A stretch of DNA of 64,000 nucleotides, from the NCBI GenBank assembly GCA_030390025.1, contig CM059452.1, positions 8,060,001 through 8,124,000 of the forward strand, in the 5' to 3' direction. The notes under the pieces are model-generated. The model searched no databases. It had not been told where the DNA came from and saw only the letters and a list, made by a program, of their open reading frames with translations. This DNA comes from Squalus acanthias (lineage: Eukaryota). Made by a program: the position numbers and the translations under genes. Within the stretch, counting starts at the first letter, position 1, and every line of letters begins with the position of its first letter. Positions 35,541 to 46,781 of this stretch are shown piece by piece.

Positions 35541-36288
35541 CACAGTGTAACAAACAGGCGGAGAGTCCGCACAGAAACCTGCACCGAGGGGGAGCGCCGC
35601 TCTGCTGTGTTTGGAGTAACGGGATTGGGAGGGGCCCGGTTATAATAATCGGAGGGCAGGTGGAATGAGCACAGAAAAATAATAGGAAATATAGAAGAGA
35701 GAGATTTAAAGAAATTCTGAAATGAAGAAATTTTGAAACACAGAGAGAGGAAAACAAAGCGAAGGCACTAACGAAAGAATGAGAGAAAGAGAAAAATCAA
35801 TGTAATAATACGTGTAGTGGACAGCAAATTAGGAAAGGAGGGAAAGAGAAATTAAAGAAATTGAGAAACGAGTGAGAAACATAAATCTTAAAGGTAAGAG
35901 AAAGACATAAAGAAAGAGATTCAAAAATTATTAAATTGTCTGAACCGCCTCTCCCAAAACACGGACGTTGGAAAGTTCGCCAGAGATAAACTCACACTTT
36001 ACTCAAACTATTATCCTGACAGTGCAAAGTTCTCAGAGTGACCGCCAGAGGGCGCCGTGGTCACATGTTTCTCGCCGTTACCAACTGGAAATGATGGAGA
36101 CAAAGCTTGCAGTAACACCGCCCGCAGCAGCCCCGCCCACAGCTTCCGTTTGCTGCTCTCGCTCTGACCCGCCTTCTGTTATCGGAGAGCTTACTGCTCT
36201 GTTACTTCTTTGGCATTGGTTGGATCAGCAGTGCAGTGCGGTGGGGATCTGTATTTCTGCTCCTACAGAGGTTTTCCAGGACTGTAGA

Positions 36289-36620
36289 ATGTGCAACCGC
36301 CTCGCACCGCTCCTCATCATTATATCACTTCTCAGTAAGTATTTCTTCCCCAGTTAAAATCTATTCTCCCCCTGACGGCTGTAACCCAGCTATGATAATT
36401 GGTTAAATGATCCTGATGATGATTGTGATGGAGATGACTATTACTATTATTTTATATTAGAATGGAGCCAGCAAGACGCAGTGGAACAGCCGGTTCCTGA
36501 AATAACGGTTGAAGAGGAAAGTAATGTCACACTAAACTGCGCCTTGAAAACAGCCGCTACTAACCCTTATGTGTACTGGTGCAGTCAGCACCCCGGGCAG
36601 CCTCCACAGTACGTGTTTTA
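36289..36620 (+). pseudogene. Truncated V pseudogene V14 (V2 family)
   Basis: L 36289-36334 (MCNRLAPLLIIISLL); V from 36461 QDAVEQPVPEITVEEESNVTLNC...YWCSQHPGQPPQYVF*; no RSS. Confidence 0.85.
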
Positions 36621-36895
36621 GTGAGTCACTATCACAAAGGGATGGGGTTCACCTCACTTCCCTCCACAAGGAGGAGAGGAACTTGCTGGTCATTAGACCA
36701 CTGACATGTCCGGATGTGAACCGCGGGTGAACAATGTCTATTTCCAGCCAATCCAAGCACAGCAAGCCCACGTGACTGAGACTTTAACTGGGCGGCGCTG
36801 ACTTTAATCAGCCGCCTGTTCAATGTCGTCACTCGGTTCGGGGTCTTCTGATGCGAGCTGCCTGCCGCTTTCCTTTTGACATTTTAATTACAAGG

Positions 36896-37360
36896 ATGTA
36901 TTACTCGGTACAAGTGAATGTATCACTCGTTATTCTGGTGCTGCTACCATGTAGGTACAGGAGCTGTGCTCAATAACCCCAGTGTTTTTTTTCACGTTGC
37001 TCCTGTGTTTTATTATCTGAATGTTTTTACAGGTCGATGTCTCTCGGACCGAGTGCTGCAGTCTCCCGCTGCGATAACAGTCCGGAGCGGGGATTCGGTG
37101 CAGATAAACTGCAGCTATGACATGTCCAGCATTTACGCCATGCACTGGTACAAACAGAGACCCAGTCAGGGACTGGAGTGGATAATAAAGCGAATATCGG
37201 CTGGCAAAGAGAAAAGGGACCGATTGAATTGGATCTTTCCACTGCGGACAAACGCGGCCAATTGGTCATTGAGAGCACGGAGAGCGCGGATACCGCGGTG
37301 TATTACTGTGCGATACAGCCGCACACTGAGAGGAAACGCGGCAGTCACTGTACAAAAACC
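36896..37360 (+). pseudogene. V15: single 1-nt frameshift, otherwise complete (L 36896-36950, V 37033-37321, RSS)
   Basis: MYYSVQVNVSLVILVLLP/CRCLSDRVLQSPAAITVRSGDSVQINCSY...WYKQ, frameshift near 37224, ELDLSTADKRGQLVIE...DTAVYYCAIQ; CACACTG-23-ACAAAAACC. Confidence 0.85.
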
Positions 37361-39599
37361 TCCCTCCTGTTTACAGTCCCGTAACAGCTGCAGCAATCTC
37401 TCCAAAAACACAGGGCAGGCAAGGCGCGTCAGAGCGAGAGCAGCGAACGGAAGCTGTGGGCGGGGCTGCCGCAGGCAGTGTTACCGCAAGGTTTGTCTCT
37501 ATAATTTCCAGTTGATAGCGGGTTTGATCAGAGATACTGACAGTCACAGCATAAAGTATCGGCCTATGGAGCCGTCACTCAGTGAGTGCGTTCCTTGGTC
37601 TGAGGAAAACTTCAGCATTGCTTAATTGTGGGATTATATTCACCGGGGCCGAATCTGTCACACTGAGTGTTTATTTTATGCCGGTGTGTGACGACTCATC
37701 GAGAGCATTAACTTCATTCTCCTGTAACATTCGTGTTTACACCGAGGTGTCCACACTGTGGTTGAGATTTCCTCTGGTCGCTATTTCTAACGAAATAGTG
37801 AACGCATTCTAAAAGAATGAGATTGCGATTTCGTTAAAACAATTTCAGAGGAGAATTCCACAGAGAGACCAGAGGAAATCTTCCCCTTGTGTGTCCCCAT
37901 CAGAAGGTTAATCAAACCCGACCCCCGTCAACCACCTCAGTCTGATTACTGACAATGAGTGAAATAAACTGAACATCTTCATCTACATTCAAACCGATAT
38001 ATTGTCATTTCGAGATAATATCTTACCGCCATCATCCGACTGTGTTGGCAATAGCTCGGAGGGGAATAGGAGCCCCTTCCCTAAATATCTGCTGAACCCG
38101 TTAGATTAATGTCTGCCTGAAACTAACAGGAGGCGCGGAAATTAATCACACGGGGAGGAAATGGTGGTTGTTAGCAGTCAACCTCCTTTCTCCTCTGGTT
38201 CACAGCAACACGTTTCGAGTAAGCACGAGACTCCGTAGTGGAGTACACGGAACAGACCTTATTGATGCACAGTAAAGGTGATCGGCCTTTAACTGTATAC
38301 AGAGAGTGACTGTTTCGGTTTCAGTATCTTTCGAGTACACGCTGAGATACTGTTGAAAACCATGATCCTTTATACACCATATTTGACTACATCAAAGGAA
38401 ATGTCATAGATAAGCCTGTATGACGTATCTATTCCCAGACCCTTTGAAAACGGAATATTCATCTAAACAGTTTGTTGTTTGTTTAATTCATAACTACGTC
38501 CCTTAAACAAGACTTCCTGACAGAACATTTGCTAGCATCTTTGAAGTAAATACTGTACCAACTGCTCTCTGTAGCTAATGGATCCATCTAACCATGTTTA
38601 TTACCCTAAAACTAAACCACTCATGGGTGACGTCATTACTATCACTTATTCCCTTACACAAGCACTTTACATCTCAGAAACAAAGCACTGCATTCTTTTT
38701 ACGACACTTCAAAGTCATCCTGTTTATATATTGAAAGCCTGGAAGCTTGTTAATACAAGATACAAAGAAGTTCGACTGTTAACCCGTAACTCCCCAAGAT
38801 GTCCAACATACATCTCTCCAGGCTGTCCAACAGTGGTTAGTGACACGGGAGAAACTCCTCACTCGGGTTACAAAATTGTCCCTCTGAGTGTGTCGTCCAT
38901 TACATATTTTAATATATAAGAGATTTTTTTTCCAAACTGCAGCTTTACAAAACTACCAAAAATGCCACTTTGCAGTTGCTTTAAGATGTGCAGTACAAGG
39001 AAATTTTTCATAAGCGTGGTGGAGAGAGATTGTGACGGTGAAAACAAGACAGAACAAGCGGGAGGGGAGGTATTTTACTGAACACCAGGAACACAACACA
39101 AATATAAACAGGTTTGAAATGTTGATGGTTTTCGACATATCATGAATAACATGGGACTGAGTGCGGAGGAAGCAGCAAGAAACATATGAGCACGGCGCCC
39201 TCTGGCGGATATAATGGGAACTTTTACACTTTTGAGATCCTGGGTGAAAACAGACAGTCAGTGTGTCTATGGGCAGTTTCCAGTGCTCATTTATAGCGAG
39301 ATGTGTTGCGGTGATGCTGATGGCGAATGTAGAGCCTTTTACATCAACACTTACAGCGACAGAAACATTAATCAGATGAATTCGAGCTCGGAAATTGACA
39401 GCTTGCGCTCGCAGATTTAACCCTTTCTGATCTGAAAAAAACCCAACTCACAACCCGCATTCACAACAACTGACTTTAATTTCCTTTCAGTTCTGCTGGT
39501 GCCAGATGCTCGTGACCTGTGTGCACAGGCTCCAGAAAGTCAGTATATTTTTCTTCCTGCATTTCCCGGTGTCCAGTGATTCCTTTCTCTGTGTCTCCG

Positions 39600-40170
39600 C
39601 ACTGTGGGAACCCTGATACAAACTGGTCCCCTGCTCAGGGAGAACAAGCGACCGAGGCCCAGACAGGCCGCGGTTCATCTGTCTCTCAGTCATCAGCCTG
39701 GTTACCTCTAGGAACGACTTTCACTCATCNNNNNNNNNNNNNNNNNNNNNNNNNNNNNNNNNNNNNNNNNNNNNNNNNNNNNNNNNNNNNNNNNNNNNNN
39801 NNNNNNNNNNNNNNNNNNNNNNNNNNNNNNNNNNNNNNNNNNNNNNNNNNNNNNNNNNNNNNNNNNNNNNNNNNNNNNNNNNNNNNNNNNNNNNNNNNNN
39901 NNNNNNNNNNNNNNNNNNNNNNNNNNNNNNNNNNNNNNNNNNNNNNNNNNCTGTATAATTACAATACAACTGAACATCGTCTTCTTCATTTACTGTGGTT
40001 GCAGCCGGTGTCTGTGAACCGGGGTCTCCTCGCCCATGTCCTGCAAGAGCCCAGAGCGATATTAAATTAAACAATGCCACTTCACTGTGTTTACCGCCCA
40101 GAATCAGCCCGTCACCCCAACACTTACCCGTGAAGCAAATCAGGGCAGTTGAACATAAATATATATCCCC
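39600..40170 (-). pseudogene. V16, interrupted by an assembly gap (39730-39950); probably a pseudogene
   Basis: Leader-like LCSTALICFT G|gtaagt (donor 40127) without a clear ATG; V exon from 40040 GHGRGDPGSQTPAATTVNEEDDVQLYCNYT; after the gap SFLEVTRLMTE and a lone CACAGTG. Confidence 0.6.
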
Positions 40171-40774
40171 ACAGCTCAGGGGCTGCTCACGGGATGGCGC
40201 TGGGATCGACTGAATCAACACACTTTAATTAACCTTCAGCACCTTCCAACGGGATCAGTTCCTCACCTTCGCCTCTTGTGATGTGAAGGGAAAACTGCAA
40301 ACTGTATGTGGGTTTAAGACTCGTGTGTCTGTCAATGTCCGTCATTGACGCCGACGGGCTTGTCTGTCTGCCATTCGCCTGTAATCTCACCTCAACTCAT
40401 CCGCTTTCATTCACTGAGGGAGTTTGTCGAGTTTCCCCAAACAGTGTTCAGTGTTGAGTCAAGGTGGATCCTGATGGTTTTCTTCACTTCGGATCAACCT
40501 ATTGATATTCATGTGTTCAGGGAACTGACCGATTAAATATAATGTATGATACAGATGTGAAACACAATGCTGTGTAACTTGTGAACTTATCAGTTAAGAG
40601 AGCTGCAGCTGTGACGAATAAATAAAAAGTAACACCCAACATGTTTGCAGAGAGTTGGTGGTGGATTTGAACAGAACGGTTTGAAGCTGAAATTGTCTTG
40701 TCAAGAATTGGGAAGATGTTGAGTAATATCCGGTCTCTCTGCCGTTTGGTCCGTTCCCGACAGAGTCAGCAGAT

Positions 40775-40895
40775 CACATCCAATCAGCTCTCGGTCCTTT
40801 GTTCTCCAATTTATCCAATCAGTTTGCAGCTCCTTTGTTTTCCAATTCAACCAATCAGCTCACAGCTACTTTGTTCGCCAATTCATGACGTCAGA
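40775..40895 (+). promoter_or_regulatory. Tandem CCAAT/CTTTGTT repeat plus CRE upstream of V17; inverted copy at about 42905-43030
   Basis: Three units of about 36 bp, each with CCAAT and CTTTGTT, followed by TGACGTCA at about 40886. Confidence 0.55.
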
Positions 40896-41058
40896 GCGGG
40901 GATCAGAGAACGGAGTGAAATTGTTCTCCTCAGAACTGGACGAGGATTAAAGCCAATGTTCGCCCTTTAGCAGCGTCAGTCTGTGAGATGGGGCCAGTGA
41001 CCAATAGTTAATGTTGTTCTGCTATCAGAGCCGGAGACTCCCATCTAAACCAGACACC

Positions 41059-41425
41059 ATGCGCTCCCCATGTTTCTTACTGATAATAATGGTCGTGCTG
41101 CCCGGTGAGTCTATGTTTAAAATATCGTATGTATTTCATGGGTTATATTTACTCCCAGACTTCTGACAGATTCAGTATTTTGTTACAATGGCGAAGCCTC
41201 ATTTTCCCAGGATCCACCTGAATTAACGGTTCAGGAAGGACAGATCTTAATACTGAACTCTAGTTACTCTACGGCCGATAGATTTCCCTACCTCTTCTGG
41301 TACAACCAGTATCCCCGGGGAAGATCCGAGTTATTTAATGAGGAGATACAGCTCGGGGCAGGGAGTGAAGTCTCCAGATTTCCCAGACCGGTTCTCCGCT
41401 GATTTGGGCAAAGACACAGACACAA
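41059..41425 (+). pseudogene. V17 pseudogene (V21 family; acceptor deleted, Cys to Ser, frameshift, truncated)
   Basis: L 41059-41104 MRSPCFLLIIMVVLP; SQDPPELTVQEGQILILNSSYS...LFWYNQYP...FPDRFSADLGKD. Confidence 0.82.
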
Positions 41426-41542
41426 ATACAACTCGTTGAAATAGAAACCTGGCTGTCTTTAGTCTCCGTGGGTTTGGGATCAAATTAACCCCACAGAAAG
41501 CAGCACAAAAGAACACTTAATGGAGCTGTAAATTCTCGCTGA

Positions 41543-42101
41543 GGTTTTTGTCCGGGGCCTTTGCTTTTATCTGACGCTGTGCCTCACTGCACAGTAATAG
41601 ACCGCTCCGTCCTCCACACTCAGGCTGCTTATATTGAGGTAACCGTACTTTCTAGACGTATTAGCAGCTGCCAGATATTGTCCTGAGATTTCGTCTCCCT
41701 TCAGTGCTACCACTTTGCTAATTATCCAGCTTGGTGGCTGTGCCGATTTCTGCCGATACCATTGCATGTAGTCAATATCCGGGCTTTTATTTTCACAATC
41801 TAACTGCACCGAACCCCCTGTTGACACGGCAATTGTCACCGGAGACTGAGTTACTGGATCTGCACACAGCCCGCCTGTGAAGATAGGGGAACAGAAGAGC
41901 AGAAGATTAAATCGAAACTTGTGTCTATCTGTATGAGAGTGGGTAACCCTCCATCTACACAGCTGTCCATCATGTGGATATTTCTGATCGGTAATTGCAC
42001 TAAATCCCTGCACACGCTCTTTGCATCAACCAGCTAACCTGTGTTTTAAATATAATCCAATACTTACTGTTCAACACAGCCGCCAGTATTATTAGAAATT
42101 A
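41543..42101 (-). pseudogene. V18: intact V exon (41582-41874) and RSS, but the leader start codon is lost
   Basis: GLCADPVTQSPVTIAVSTGGSVQLDCE...QWYRQK...DGAVYYCAVR; CACAGCG-23-ACAAAAACC. The leader reads TAA TTT CTA ATA ATA CTG where V3 has ATG TTG CTA ATA ATA TTG. Confidence 0.82.
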
Positions 42102-42135
42102 TCTGATTCTCTCACAGTGACTTGGAATTGAATGA

Positions 42136-42515
42136 ACATAAGAACATAAGCAATAAGAGCAGGAGTAGGCCATTCGGCCCTTCGAGCCTGCTCCGCCATT
42201 CAATGAGATCATGGCTGATCTTCTGCCTCAATTCCATTCACCGGCCCTATCGCCATATCCCTTGATGCCCTTACTAGTCAGAAATCTATCGACTTCTGTT
42301 TTGAATATACCCAATGACTGAGCCTCCACAGCCCTCTGGGGTAGAGAATTCCAAAGATTCACCACCCTCTGTGCGAAGAAATTTCTTCTCATCTCAGTCC
42401 TGAATGGCCTAACCTTTATCCTGAGGCTGTGGCCCCTGGTTTTAGACTCCCCAGCCAAGGGAAACATTCTCCCAGCATCCACCCTATCAAGCCCTGTAAT
42501 AATTTTGTATGCTTC
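42136..42515 (-). mobile_element. CR1 3' fragment inserted just upstream of the V18 leader
   Basis: DAGRMFPLAGESKTRGHSLRI...; (ttatgttc)n tail; aatga on both sides; absent from the V3 paralogue. Confidence 0.88.
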
Positions 42516-43386
42516 AATGAGGCAGAGATTGAGAAGGAGAGCGGTAACCCGGGCTGTTCAGCTCATTGTTCCACCCACACACTGCAGGGGGCGTCCCCAT
42601 TGTGACCTCATTCAGGCTTCGATTGCTGCTGGCCTTGGCGTTTACATCACATGACTTTCTAATGATCATTCTTGAGTTTGTCGCCCTCTGCTGGCGCATT
42701 GTCTTACCTAAGCCTTAGAATGAGGTCATTGAGGAGATTTAAGGTTTTTGGTCATGTATAAAAACACGATTGCCAGCTATTGGCTCTCAAAGATCAAGAT
42801 TATAGTTGATTAAAGCCGCTCATTATTTCTGATGCGGTATAATCCCTTAATTACGCACTCACTCTATTTCCTCCCAGTCGCTTGTTCAGTAAGCAAGAGC
42901 ATTTTGACCACAGACGTCATGAAGTGACGAACAAAGGAGCTATGAGCTGATTGGATGAATTGGAGAACAAAGTAGCTGTGAGTTGATTGGAAGAATTGGA
43001 GTAAAAAGGAACTGTGAGCTGCTTGGATCTCACCTGTTGACTCTGTCAGGAATGAACCAATCGGCAGAGACGCCGATATCATTCAACACCTTCCCAAGTC
43101 TTGACTAAAATATTTCAGGTTTAACCCGTTCTGTTCAAATCTGTTATCAACTCTCTGCAAACATGTTAGGAGTTACTTTTAATTCATTCGTCACAGCTGC
43201 GGCTCTCTTAACTGGTAAAGTTTACAAGTTACACAATCCTCCCTCTTGCACGTATCACTGCCATAGAGAATCTTCCTTTTAACTGTATTTTCCCTCTATT
43301 TCCTGTATGTTCCGTCACCTTGATACTGTCAGTTATAATAAAATGATAAGAAAAGTTTAAAGTTCTGTATTTCTATATTTCTGCAG

Positions 43387-43731
43387 GTGTTAGTTGTGCG
43401 GACTCGGTCTCACAGGGGCCGCTTGCAGCGATGCAGTTTGAAGGAGACTCGGTGACCAGTAATTACAGCTATTCGACCACTGCTCCTTCACATTCCTTAC
43501 AACTGTACCGTCAGGACCGCGACAATGGGCCAACATTGCTGATCTACAGTCCTTCTTAGGGAGATGTTTTCAAAGCAGAGGACGCGGGGGCTCGAATTTC
43601 CGCATTTCACGACATTTCAGAAAGTGAGGGGAATTTCACCATCGCGGCCTACGGCTGTCTGACAGCGCGGTGTATCACTGCGGGCTGAGAGACACAGTGA
43701 CAGGAACCAGAGGGAGCCCCGTACAAAAACA
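43387..43731 (+). pseudogene. V19 pseudogene (TAG stop, frameshift; LYRQ type)
   Basis: VSCADSVSQGPLAAMQFEGDSVTSNYSYSTT...LQLYRQ...SPS*...LSDSAVYHCGLR; CACAGTG(43693-43699)-23-ACAAAAACA. Confidence 0.85.
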
Positions 43732-44443
43732 CTGCCAGAATGTGACAGGGACAAGTGGAGAGCGGGCAGTGTGGGGAGAAACGGGGACTGTTAGTACTTC
43801 TCACAGGAGAGTGTCCGTGTAAAAACTGACAAATATATCGCTATCCAACTAACAGTACAGAACAGGAAACATCATGTTTATTATTCATAAAAATAATCGT
43901 GTTGCTAATTTGACAATAAGGTATTCGATGGGACGGTGCTTCCAATCCCTGTTCATGTAATGGGCACCTCAACTTTCTAACTTAATCAAACAAATATAAA
44001 CCAGTTCTCATTCCGTGTCAGAATCGCACTCAGACCTGGCGCTCCAGTCGGCAGGAAATGAACTGAACGGAAGGAACACATTCAGTGACGATGTAATAAA
44101 CCATTGAGGAGTCAAAACCCCTTCAGAACAAAGAAGTCTCGGCTGCACTGTGACCCCGCGAGACTCCCATTCCACAGCTGGTGCGCAAACTCAGAGAAAA
44201 CTGTCCAGAAAACAGGCAAAAGAGCAACAGTCAATAGTCTGAAGATGAAGGTGGCAGTGATTCAGGAGAGACAGTTCCCAGTGAGTAACAGGGAAAACAA
44301 CGCGGAAACTGCACAGACTGAACCCAACCGACAAATGAGAGACTTTGGGAACAGTTCTCAGGATGGCCGGAACCGCAAACAGCACAAAGTGAGCCTTATA
44401 TCCGGCTTCAGCAGGCGGAGCCTCTGATCTACAAAGCGGCGGG

Positions 44444-44957
44444 AGTTTCTGTACCAGGGTTTAACTGGTTTCCATCAGTGTGGTCTCAGGGCGCAGTAAT
44501 AAACTGCAGTGTCGGTCAGCTGCAGCCCCGAGATGGTTAAACTGGTGAATTTAGTCGAGGTCTGGATTTCTGCAGAGAAACGGGTTTTACCAAAATCTGC
44601 TTTGTGCTCAACACCATCAACACCATCATGATCCTTCCACAGTATAAACTCGGCTGTGTGTCTGGGTGGTTCCGGTACCAATATAAATAATTAAAGGTGC
44701 TCCATTTAGTGTCATAGGTACAGTTTACAGTCACCGCTTCTCCTTCTGTCTTAATTCCTGAGGACAGCGGCTGAGTGACAGAATCTCCAAGACTCAGATC
44801 TGAAAAACATGGTCAAACAGGAAAAGATCAGACCGGCGGGTGTTTAAAATTCAGATTCAAACCATGTTTAGAAATGAGAGAAAAGATTAAATGTGTTTGG
44901 TCCACAATTACGTGTCAGAAATGCCCCGCACACAGCCCAGATGCTGAGTAGCCGCAT
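44444..44957 (-). pseudogene. V20 (V1 family): single 1-nt frameshift (L 44912-44957, V 44483-44799, RSS)
   Basis: Close paralogue of V1; CAG CC GAG versus CAG CCC GAG near 44652; YYCALR; CACACTG-23-ACAGAAACT. Confidence 0.87.
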
Positions 44958-45504
44958 TGTCGCTGTCCGCTCTGTAAAAGGGGGGTTGGATATTTGAAGA
45001 GTCCCGTTCTAATCCTCGCCCTCAATAATCTGCTGTCGTGTCTCAGGATGCTCTCACCTCACTTCCTGGTGTCCCCAGTGTTGCTGTGAGACCGGTAGGT
45101 GGTGAGCTGGCTGCCAGTGAATGGAAACACCCCGAGCTGGGCCACAGTCAGTGCCTTTTGGGGGAATGGTTCCGCTTTTAGAGACTGGGGTGGGAATGAA
45201 ACTCTTGTCTGGTTATTGTAACCGGGAAGCTGAGGGGTTGTTAATGGTGACGGAAAATATTCCAGCGTTAAAGAGACATTCTGAAGGACAATGGACATTG
45301 GGGGAACTCTGTGCTTGGGGCCTGTTTTAAAGAGTAAAATCACTACCTTGTGAAATCTGTTCATTGTGTATAAACTGTCTCTGACCCAGCAACATACTCT
45401 GATCAAATAAACCCTGTGTACAGTCCGCGAACAAAGGGTCCGGGAAACTGACAGGGGAGATGAGTAAAGGGCTGCACAATATTGCAGGCAGGCACGGAAT
45501 GGGC

Positions 45505-46025
45505 ATCATAGATTCATAGAATCTTACAGCACAGAAGGGGGCTTTCGGCCTGTCGTGCCTGTTTAGTCCCATATCCCAGATTTTTCTCCATAACCCTGCA
45601 AATTAGTCCTCTTCAAGTACATGTCCAATTGCCTTTTGAAAGTTCCCATGAAATCTGATTCCACCACCCTTTCAGGCATTGCCTTTCAGATCTTAACAAC
45701 CCTCTTTGTGAAGAAATGTCTCCTCATTTCCCCTCTAGTTCTTTTTCCAATTATTTTAAATCTATTCCCTTTGGTTATCAACCCACTTGCCAGAGGAAAT
45801 AGTTTCTCCCTATTTGCTCTGTCAAAACCCCTCATAATTTTGAATAATTCTAATAGGTCTCCCCTTAACCTTCTCTGCTCTTAGGAGAACAATCCCGGCT
45901 TCTACAATCTCTCCACATAACTGAAGTCCCTCATCCCTGGTATCATCCTGGTAAACCTCCTCTGTACCCTCTCCAGGGCCTTGGCATCCTTCCTAACGTG
46001 TGGTGCCCAGAAATGTACACAATAG
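45505..46025 (-). mobile_element. Degenerate CR1 3' fragment
   Basis: catagattcatagaat tail and RT C-terminal-like sequence; it interrupts homology with 29790-29830. Confidence 0.8.
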
Positions 46026-46309
46026 AGAAAGGACAAAAGGGGAGTTATGGCGCCACAGACATGATTTGTGAAGTTCATGTTTATTATAAATACGAGTTGA
46101 AATTACCTAAAAAATCCCCAAGTGGACATGACCTGTTTTTGTTGAGTGTTGTGACTTGTCGCTCTGTTAAGAATCTCCCTGTGACTCTCGCTGTGGAGGC
46201 TGAATTATCGCTGCTGGTTATCGATGTGAGAGCGCCCTCTGGTGATCACTAACTGGAACTCTCAGTGTGGGTTTTTGTACGGGATCCGCTATATCTCTGC
46301 AGCAGTGTG

Positions 46310-46741
46310 GGGCTCATGGCACAGAAATACACGGCGCTGTCGGAGACAAGAACCGCGGTGATATTTAAAGGAACCGTTTTGCTGTCTCTGTGCAAAACAG
46401 CAGAGAACCGGACTGGGAAATCTGGAGACCGGTCTACCGTCCCCGAGCTATATATCCTCAGTAAATATCTCGGAGCTTCCCCGGGATACTGGATGTACCA
46501 GAACAGAGTTGGAGCAGCTGCCGAGTAACTGCAGTTCAATATAATGTTTTTTCCTTCCTGAACCATTAATTCAGACGGATCCTGGGACACTGAATCTTTG
46601 CCACTCGTTCCTGTAACAAAACACAGAATGTGTCAAAAGTCTGGGAGTAAGGATAATCCGCGAAACACACAATGACCATTTACACATGTACTCACTGGAC
46701 AGCACGACCATTATTATCAGTATAGAACACGGGGAGCACAT
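46310..46741 (-). CDS. TCR alpha/delta V segment V21, open (L 46696-46741, V 46310-46610)
   Basis: MCSPCSILIIMVVLS/RTSGKDSVSQDPSELMVQEGKNIILNCSYS...LFWYIQYPGEAP...DSAVYFCAMS; CACACTG(46303-46309)-24-ACAAAAACC. Confidence 0.88.
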
Positions 46742-46781
46742 GGTGTCTGGTTTAGAATTAGACAGATAACAGCACATCATT

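Noticed and set aside
38169-38949. Possible solo LTR (TGT...ACA, minus-strand TATA-like and poly(A)-like motifs)
   Set aside because: No matching target-site duplication and no internal retroviral sequence; needs a repeat-library search.
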